A program made the translations under genes and the position numbers. The notes beneath the pieces are model-generated. The model worked only from the letters and a program-made list of their open reading frames with translations, had not been told where the DNA came from and did not search any database. A DNA stretch of 64,000 nucleotides from Podarcis tiliguerta (lineage: Eukaryota), in NCBI GenBank assembly GCA_965153285.1, contig OZ229114.1; one strand, 5' to 3'. Positions 54,741 through 64,000 of this stretch are shown piece after piece (position 1 is the stretch's first letter; every line of letters starts with the position of its first letter).

Positions 54741-57060
54741 TTCACTGGCCTTTTGTTTTGTTGGCTATAGAATGGATTTCAACAGCATTTGTATGAAATT
54801 TCCCCTACTAGCAATAATGCTAACTGCACACAAACTCTGCTTTTGCAAAAGGACAAAAGCAAACCCACATCCCTGTTGGCCCTCAAAACATTCAAGTCTA
54901 GAGCTATCAGTATGATTACTCTGTTTTCTCAACAATCACAAATGCTAGACATAAGATGGTTACAGCAATCACAGTAGGTTGGGGAAGAGAAAATCAAGGG
55001 CAGTCAAACATGTACAGCCTTCCCAGGCCCACACTGGCATGGCAGGTTGGCAGAAGCTTGGGAGGTGGCAACACTTCCCCTTGTCAGTGGTGTTAGTTGA
55101 GAGAGAGAGAGAGAGAGAGAGGACCACCATTCTACGGTCTGTTGGGGAATGGTCTAACCCTGGAATGTCTCCTATGCTGCTTAGGCCACACTTCTTTTAC
55201 CCACAGAGAGGGAGATCTACAAAATCTTATGGTACCTGGGAGAACTGCCGGGGGAAACTGGTTTATTCTGTAAATTGTTTATATATCTAGATTTTTTTAT
55301 TTCAGGTTTTGGTTACCTGGCAAAAAGTCCCCATCTAGACTAGACTAATCTAGAACTGTATAAGTGAAAGCAGATTACCAAACAAACAGTGAAGGCAGAT
55401 CCCTTAGGGTAAATGGGACACTGCTGCACCAATTTCAGCCTGCCCTCAGCTAGGTCCCACCTGCTTACATTTTTTACAACCTATACAGGGGATGAATGCA
55501 TTCTGCTTCTTAGTCTCAGTATTGCCTTTGTAGAACTCAATGCTGAGACTGAGAGTGGCAAAACTATTTGGCTCTGCCTGTCACTGCTTCTGGCTTCACC
55601 TACTCTTGGCCTCCTGCCTTACTTACTACCAGCCCCAATGGACCAGCCACCACTACAAACAGAACATATGAGGGTATTGTTAATGTTCTCTTTTTGTGGA
55701 AGTTAATAGCATCCCCCCTGCAACACACAGAGTAAACAATTGTGTTTTCTTACTCAAGCACACCAAGGAACTATCTACTCAGCATTTGGCTTCCAACAAG
55801 ATTTGAGGGCGATAACCATCTCCTTTCAGATGCCCAGTTATGTTGTCATCAGAACTATAAGGCTTTGCATATGAATATTTAAATAGTGAACAGCCATTGA
55901 TTGACCTATCCTCTGTGAGTTTATCATTTTACAAAACTAACTTAAGTGAGTGGCCAACACCACATATTGTAGTAATGAATTCAATAAGTGAGTTATGTAT
56001 TGCAAAGAGTTTAATTTGTGCTGGACCTACTGCCAAAAAATTCATAAGATCTCTACGTCAGCATCCACAGAGCCCTTGCATAAGTGGAAAGCAGTCTGAT
56101 GTGTTCATTGTGTATCTTATTTCCAATTCTGGCTGTATTGCCTCACTTTGTAGCAGACTCTACTCTGGAAGATACTCCAACCTTGAGAAGTAGCCAGGTG
56201 TGAGTGACTGCAGTGGGAAAAGGACACATGGTGTTCCTGGCTCTACAATTGTTTGTGGGTTATCATCATCATCATCATTATCATTACTGAGTGTCAAAGT
56301 ACAAGTGCATGAACTGGACTTGTTCCTTAAACCAATTGTATCAGAAGTTGCTTTGGAATTTAGTGATCCAATGTTGTTATCCTGCCTCATACAATATATT
56401 TTCATGGGCAGGGAATCCCAGAGTATTTTAGCCAGACAGTAATTGACAAGTCACTTTTTTGGGTTATTAATTTATTTTGCACTTGACCTATGTCTGCCTT
56501 TCCTACATAATGTCCATTTATTTGCACAATTGCAGCAGTGAATGAAACAGTGATGAGTCAAACACTTCTAATTATTTCCTATTCTTTTCTGTGCTCTCAC
56601 ATTCTCCTCACCCTTTGATTAATGATCACATATATCCAAGACCAAAGTGACCTGAGGGTTTGTTATCACAGGCAAACTGCTCACAGAAAAAACCTTGCAA
56701 GTGTCTCTGATTGAGTTGCAGTTTTGCATTTGGAATAAAGCTTTCCATCACATTAAAAATAAATAAATATGAACCCTTAATGGTGTCATGCAACTAGGAA
56801 GGAGGGGGGTACATGCTCAGCAAACAAAGGAATCCTTAACTTCTACTCTCTTCTACCTGTCAGTTACAAAGACATAGTGTGCCTTCAAGTTACCTCTAAT
56901 GTACTGTAAATGTTATTAAGGGACTTTCATGTGGCATCAAGTAAGTGGAGCAAAATAAAAATCCAAAATAAATACTTGCATATTACCATTCAATACATCA
57001 ACCTGAGACCATGCCAGACTCTTGAAATTGACATGACATGTAATCAATGGCTTTAATGTA

Positions 57061-57305
57061 CAGTCATACCTTGGGTTACAGACGCTTCAGGTTGTGTTTT
57101 TTCAGCTTACGGATGCTCCGAAACCCAGAAGTACCAGAACGTGTTACTTCCGGGTTTCGGAGGTCACACATGCGCAGAAGCGCTAAATCGTGCTTTGGTC
57201 ATGCGCAGAAGCGCCAAATCACAACCCGCGTGTGCGCAGACGTGCCACTGCAGGTTGCGAACGTGCATCCCGCACAGATCACGTTCACAATCCGAGTGTC
57301 CACTG
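57061..57305. mobile_element. Tc1/mariner MITE related to the cagtggtacc family
   Basis: TA-cagtcataccttgggtta ... caatccgagtgtccactg-TA; internal catgcgcagaagcgc repeats. Confidence 0.7.
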
Positions 57306-57439
57306 TATTTGATGTTTTAAAGGGTGCTTTGAAACATTGTTTAAAGGGTTGAGCACCTGGAAATCTGAGTTTTGTCGCACACAGGCAGTTCCTAGACAAC
57401 AAAGTATTTCCTTCACAAAGAAATGGCACTCTCAGAAAC

Positions 57440-57925
57440 CATTGGTTCTGGCCCTATCCTCCAGAGCATGAGAAAACAAGCTTGCTCCAGCCTCCATGTG
57501 AACAGCCCTTTAGATATTTGAAGATGGCTCAGTCTCCTTTTTACCAGGCTAAACATACCCAATTCCTTCAACCATCCCTCATAAGGCTCAGTTTCCAGAC
57601 CCTTGGCTCCCTCCTGACATTGTTTATTCTGTTATCACCAGGTTGGGCACTGCATTGTTCTGTGAACAGCCCTGGGTATAGGGCAGTATATAAATTCATT
57701 CATTCATTTAATCAATCAAACAAACAAACAATCAATTTCCTTTTGAGTGATGATAGAGCCAAGGAGATGTTGAGCAGTTCTGCCTACTCTTTGTCACCCG
57801 ATAGCATTTCTTTGTCTTCTCCACACAACAGACCCACTACCTGCTTGTTATTCCTTTTGCTCTGAACATAGCTGAAGAAACATTATTATTTTTAGCCTCT
57901 CTTGCAAGCCTCAGCTCATTCTCCT
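57440..57925 (-). mobile_element. CR1 LINE ORF2 fragments
   Basis: cagccctttagatatttgaagatggct...ccaggctaaacatacccaattccttcaacc, plus a minus-strand remnant reading EMLSGDKE*AELLNI (CR1 EKAEVLN-like). Confidence 0.6.
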
Positions 57926-58489
57926 CCCTGCAACTGTTGGATACTCGTTTATACTCCTCCCAGAGATCAAAACAACCTGCTTCTTCCCCACAACTTAAAT
58001 TTGGAAACTGGCTTGTACTACTGGACTAACATTTACCGTAACTCTATGTGTGTGCCATTGCTTTCTTTTCTATTAATATTAATTAGATAGAGTTCCAGAT
58101 TATGATCCCCTCTCCAAAAGTACAATATTGAAAGAACAGCTGTAGTACACAATAATTATACAATTCAGACACCCCAATCAAATGGAGCATGTGCTCCCTG
58201 CACATAGCGTCTGTTTTTAAAAGCCAAAATTCAGCTGAGCAGCTGCTTGGTGGGGACATTGAACTGAATCTTCTCCAACTTCCAAACAACTAACAGCTAA
58301 GACTGTAACTTTTTTAAAAATGCACAGTTCATCTTCCAAATACGGATGCATGCATAGAAACCTCTGCATCCATAAACTGTGTCCCTAGCCTACTCTTATC
58401 TGGAGTAAGGTAACACCAGCATGCTTATAACACCCAACTAGATTTCTCTTTTATATGTAATTCAGTTGAGGTAGTGCGAGTGCTGTATT

Positions 58490-59260
58490 GGTGTTTGGGA
58501 TCAGCAACAGATTAGATGAAGGTCAATAAACTGAAGATCAATCCCGCTAAAATGAAGGAACATTGGTAGGTCTCCCCAGGGAGGTGATGTTCAACCTGTT
58601 TTGTAAAGGACTGCCCTTCACCTGAAGGATTAGATTCTCGATATGGGACTACACTAAGCCAACTTTGTCACTAAAACCAATGTGGCATTTGTAGTACATA
58701 GCATTTTTCAATAATTGAGGACTGGTAGATCAGCTGTGATCCCTCCTGGACAGGGCTAACCTGGCCACAGCTATCCATGTTCTGATAATCTATAAATTAG
58801 ATTGTAATAAGTCGGCCTTGGAAAACTGTGGAAAACTGCATATTAGGCTACTAATTGTGACTAGGAGATAGGAAAATATATAATCAGTCTTGAAACCTGG
58901 GCGCAGTTCAAAGTGTTGATGCTCATTTTGTAAGATGTAAATGGTTTAGAATTTGGGTACTGGAACATGGACCTGCCTGAGCACTGAGGTCATCTGGTAG
59001 GTGCCTCTGTCATTTGAGATTTGTGGAAGTTGTCTCCAGGGAGGATTCTCTGGCACCTGTGTTGTCTTTCTGATGCCAGGTAAGGAGTGTTGTATTTTCC
59101 CAGGCTTTTTAATATTGCTGAGTCTGTTTTACGTTGCATCCTCCCCGGTGTCATATTGCTGTATAGCTTTATGCTTATGTATTTGTTTTGGCTATTGTTG
59201 TTTCCCTCCCCCTGTCCTGGAAATATTTACATTGAAGAACAGCATATACAATTTTAAAAG
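58490..59260 (+). mobile_element. Degenerate L2 LINE fragment
   Basis: aataaactgaagatcaatccc, ctggccacagctatccatg, gcagttcaaagtgttgatgctc; same layout as 20.9-21.9 kb. Confidence 0.6.
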
Positions 59261-60335
59261 AAAACCATAAAATATGGATGTGATAAAACAGTGGTTCCAG
59301 GGTCTGAAAAGACTGAAGGTGATTGCAGTGGACCACACCGGAGAAAGCAGATTGCCAGGTTAAAGTATCAAGGTTTAAAATTGTAGTGGATGTTTTGCAT
59401 GATAAAACATTCTGCTTCTTGAGTAGAAACAGCCTTTTGTTTATTTCACATCAAATTCTGTGTGACTGACATAGCAAAAATTCCTTAGACTTTCCAGGCT
59501 GCTTTTAATGCAAATGAATTCAGTGAAATGAATGATCAGCAGTGAAATGCATCTCCATCCCCATGCTCCTGAAACAGAGGGAACGGCTGGGAATGGCCAT
59601 TCTGCTAAATTATCAGTAATTATGACACTGATTTTCTAAGAATGCTGAAAAATTCTTAACAGCTGTTTCTTTTGAGCCCCAGCTCTCAGTTCATTAACAT
59701 ATGTTCACACAAGCAGAAACTGTATTAATATCTCTGTTACTCCATGTCATTCCCCCCTCCCCAAAACTAGCACTTGAGGGCAGCTAAAGATTAGATAGCT
59801 GGCGATAGACCTGCCAGCATGCACATATGGAAATGTTCAATTTGTAATCTGATTACAGCACCAAAAAACCCCACACAAAAGCCCACTTGATACCTGTGGC
59901 AGATATATTTCATGGTTAAGTGCAGAAAATTCTCAACAGCGTGTCAAGTTTCTTATGGCCAGCCAAGTCAACTGATGGAAGTAGCTCTTTAATTCCTGGG
60001 GAACCTCTTCAAACAGGCACATGTCAGGCCCAATTTGAACTCACAGAGAGGTACGCTAATTGTTGGGCGGTATGTAGCAGCATAATGCAGCCATTTGCAA
60101 AACTGTGCCCCTTGTAAAGCTTTGCATGTGAGAGATGAAGTGCCTGTCTTTGTTCTAGGGAAGGACATGGGCAATCTTCCAGCTTCTGAAATCTCTTGGC
60201 GCATGTTTTGCTTTGCCAGAGCTGGGAGGGGAGAACGACAGGGGACTGGTTTCTTCCATCACAGAGACTCATTACAGGAGGTCTGATCAGAAGATACTCC
60301 TCCAAATAACTGGAGGGGGCAGGGACCTGTTAGAC

Positions 60336-60643
60336 CATGGGTAGGCAAACTAAGGCCAGGGGGCCGGATCCGGCCCAACTGCCTTCTAAATCCCGGCCAC
60401 GGACAGTCCGGGAATCAGCGTGTTTTTACATGAGTAGAATGTGTCCTTTTATTTAAAATGTATCTCTGGGTTATTTGTGGGGCCTGCCTGGTGTTTTTAC
60501 ATGAGTAGAATGTGTGCTTTTATTTAAAATGCATCTCTGGGTTATTTGTGGGGCATAGGAATTCGTTCATCCCCCCCCCCCAATATAGTCCAGCCCCCCA
60601 CGACGTCTGAGGAACCCCTGCTGAAAAAGTTTGCTGACCCCTG
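60336..60643. mobile_element. hAT (Charlie/MER20-like) MITE with 8-bp TSD and an internal duplication of about 70 bp
   Basis: TIR catgggtaggcaaact / agtttgctgacccctg; TSD tgttagac at 60328-60335 and 60644-60651; duplicated block gtgtttttacatgagtagaatgtg...ttatttgtggggc. Confidence 0.88.
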
Positions 60644-63600
60644 TGTTAGACTGTAGCAAGTAGTTATCCTTTGTAGGCAGTACCATTCCCAAGCAGCCGA
60701 ATCTTAAGGAGCACTTTGAAGTTTAAAGAAGATTACTAAGTGGGCAGGGTGGTGGTGGTGGAAATGACAACAATAGAGCTTTATACAATTATGATTGGGG
60801 TAGAAAGAGAAATGTTTCTCGTTCTTGCAGGTTCCTCTAATAAAGTTGTTGGTAGGTTCAGGATGTGGTGATGACCATTGGTTAGTTAGTGTTTGGAAAA
60901 CAATAGGAAAATTCAGTCTATTCCCAATCTGTGTCACCTTCACAATTGTTCATTCATAGGTCTATTCTATTCCATTTCTGCATTATAATCATCATCATCT
61001 ACACAAAATGCAATTTAAATACATTTTTTAACATATTTTCCCCTGAAAACACACATTTCCAAATGTATTAATTTTAAAATAAGCATTTTAAAATGTATTT
61101 TGCTCCATTTTTGGAGCCAAGAATTTGCAGCCAAAAATGTTGCAAGGCAACATTTGGAGAAGTGTGAAATCTGGAGCATAACTAGGTTCCAATCCTATAT
61201 TGTCTTTTTCAAAGAACAAATTTCTCAAGCAACCTTCACACTAAGAGACAACTTGTTGGCTGCTGGAAAGAGAATGCTACACCAGAGATGGATCTCTGAA
61301 GGCAGTTTTTATGTACTTGTGATGTAGGAGTCATTGCGGATATCCAACTGAATATGAGACAACAATAGTATAATGGGCTGCCCCATTCTGTTTTGCCCAG
61401 TGAAGAGAGAACCCTCTCTCTCGAAAGACTTGTGTAGCCCAATAGTTGAAGGGAGATAAAAGAACAGGTTTTCCTTAATAAGCACCACCCCAATGTTAAA
61501 AGTGACCTAAAGTTAACTATCAGCAGAATAGCCAGTGAAAGGAAGAATTAGGCAAATGCTGAGCTACATCTTCCACCTCCCTCAAACATATTCACAACCC
61601 TTACCCATGCACGCATTTATACACAGTCTCCTTCACACACACACAAACCCATGGGCACACACAAACTCTAACTTGAACACATGCAACAAATATGACTCCT
61701 CAAATCTTGGAGCTAGGGCAAGAGAGTTCTATTAGCACTGAAGGCTCTTTCCTATCCAATATGACCTTTCCATTTGCCTCTATCATTATAGGACACCCTA
61801 CAATGGGGAAAGGGGTGGATTCTGCAGATACAGTAGAGGCTGAGAGAAGAGCCCAAGGCTAGAATATGTGGCTAGGGTAAGATTCAAACCAGGAACCCCT
61901 TTAGCTTCTTGATCACTGGCTTAAACCCAACTCAAAGAAGCAGGCATAGATAAAATGGGTTTTAAATACTTCCCAAAGCCTATTAGGTTTAAGTTTTTTG
62001 AAAATCTTGCATGCACTCTGCCTTTCCCAATATGGTGCATGCATAATTTTTTGTAAAGAGGTTACATTCATCCTGCCAGACACATTAATGCCCTAGGATT
62101 AAAAAGAAAGAGACAGAAATATATTGGACTCTACGCAAGATCAGGCCAAGCCAGGGGATGGCAGAGGGGTAAGTGAATGTGTATCAAATGGCAAAATGCC
62201 AACAGGGCTTCTTTTTTAAAATATACAGTATGCTGTACCAGTTAGGTCAAGAACAGGAAAGTTCATCCTGTCTCACGCCTCCTAGAGTCAGCACAAAGAA
62301 ACACCCGCCATTGGCCTTCACATACCCTAGACTCTGGCATTTCAGATAACACTGAATTAAGCTGAAATGTACCTATTGTTTGTGTTCTGCACATGTCAGA
62401 TCAGAATCTGGCCTCCTCACATCACTATTACTTTCAGGCAATAACATTTTTCACCTACCGTCTATCAGAGGAAAATATCTAAGGTCTTCACAGAACGTGA
62501 GATCCAACTTTAATCCAGCTTTGCCAAAAGGGAGGAGATTAGGAAGAAAGCCAAACAAGTCTTGTTGGCTGAGAAAGAATCATCTATCAATTTCCCCACC
62601 AAAAAAGGAAAAAAAAAGGATATGAAAAAGTGCTGCCCCTCATTTTCCTGCCTACCACACAAACGGAGCTTCATAAATAAGGACATTTCAGCCTGCTTCA
62701 TCATGACTTTTGAGCAGAAAGATTTATTTCAATAAATCCTCTCAAACTGTGCCTCTCGGGCCAAAGAGCCCTGTTGTCCAGATTTCTCAGAGAGGCCTAC
62801 AATGCCTAGTCTCCTAAGGGTTATCAGTTATGTCATGCATTATAAATAATCCAATCAGAGCAGTGGGAAACAACATTTCTATTTAATACCAGGAGAAACA
62901 GTGGAAGTCAGCGATTGATACCAACACAATGATGGGAAAAAGTGTCCAGAGGTGCTACTCACATAATCTCATTTTACAACATCTTGAAAATTCAATAGAA
63001 AAGTGCTCAGCTAACAATACCCCAATGGCACGCTTCTGATTATTGTTCCAAAATGTTCCATAAGACCCTGAACAATAAGAATGCTCTCTAAATATATCTC
63101 AGCACAAACAAATTGTTTCTCTGTTTTGATTTTTTAAATAAACTGCATATTGTTAGTCAACAATCGGTATACCCTTAAAATCTATGCATCTCAACTGCTG
63201 GTACATATAAAGGGAAATGAGGTATTGGGTTGGGAAAAAGTTGACACAAAAGTATCATTTAAAATCATTATGGGAATCAAGTATCTATTTGCCTGCCCTG
63301 AGAAATGCTCACAGCTCTTTAGCTTTTTGCTTCTCCCCCAAAAAACATGACACTGCACTATTCGGAGTTTCAGGCAAACATGGTTTTTTGTTTTGTTTTT
63401 TGTTTGCTTCAGGCAAATGTTGAGACAAATATATTTTTATGCACTTTGATTTTCTTTAAAATCCTGTAGTTCATATAGGAACTAAAGCACATGAATTTAA
63501 TAAAGAGTTAAAATGCATAGTTAAAACAAGGATTCTGAGAGATGCTTTTGCATAACAAATGAGATAATTGTTGTATCTTCCCAAACCCGTACTGTCTTGT

Positions 63601-63708
63601 AGCAATTGGATCATTTGACTTATCCATCATCTTATAACTAATGGTAATCCAAATATCCATCGTTCAGCATTTATTCCTTGCTCACTAAATTGGTAAGCAG
63701 CTGAAGAC

Positions 63709-63709
<1 letters not shown>

Positions 63710-63743
<34 letters not shown>
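63710..63743. repeat. (AAT)n microsatellite
   Basis: Seen directly. Confidence 0.9.
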
Positions 63744-63949
63744 TCAATAACAATAAGAGTAATGGTAAAAATAGTGGCAAAAATAGTAGTAGTAGAATAT
63801 TTTTACTCTGCTCCTCTCCCAGTCCAGATCAATAAAAGACAGCCCCTGCTCGTTATGCTTTCAACTGAAGCAAGATATGACACAAAAGGAAAATGGATTA
63901 GAACCAAGGAGGAAAGAAAGAAACTTAAGTACCAGTTGCTAGTTACAAG

Positions 63950-64000
63950 TTCTGTGTCCAGTTCTGGGCACCACAATTTAAGAAGGATATTGACAAGTTT
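63950..64000 (+). mobile_element. CR1 ORF2 C-terminal fragment running off the window
   Basis: tgtgtccagttctgggcaccacaatttaagaaggatattgacaag encodes CVQFWAPQFKKDIDK, a typical CR1 motif. Confidence 0.75.

Noticed and set aside
54741-64000. A second gene downstream of MECOM
   Set aside because: Only short ORFs with no recognisable domains or consistent exon structure; the region contains LINE and MITE remnants.

Overview
Vertebrate (squamate, probably lacertid lizard) genomic DNA containing the 3' part of the MECOM (MDS1/EVI1, PRDM3) locus on the + strand. Fourteen coding exons can be spliced by hand, from the end of the PR domain (cut by the window edge) and the EVI1 start codon at 35 to the TGA at 53120-53122. 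They give a 3141-nt EVI1 CDS (1046 aa, including the 27-nt FQLPDQRTW microexon) with two zinc-finger clusters, PFDLT/PLDLS CtBP motifs and an acidic domain. A 3' UTR of about 1.6 kb follows, then about 9 kb with no gene. Three N-runs in the large exon keep the frame and match the human segment lengths exactly, so they look like masking rather than gaps. The introns carry squamate repeats: Sauria SINEs, tRNA-Lys/CR1 SINEs, BovB/RTE, L2, CR1, and hAT and Tc1/mariner MITEs with target-site duplications (TSDs). Most notable are (i) a 2.1-kb TIR-bounded non-autonomous transposon at 41347-43465 filled with two tandem arrays of palindromes that carry nine NF-kB-consensus sites, and (ii) an in-frame 5-codon deletion removing the SQS motif (human S858/S860, an ATM target). 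Human comparisons rely on my recall of the human protein and need confirming by alignment. No prokaryotic-type system (CRISPR, operon) is present.
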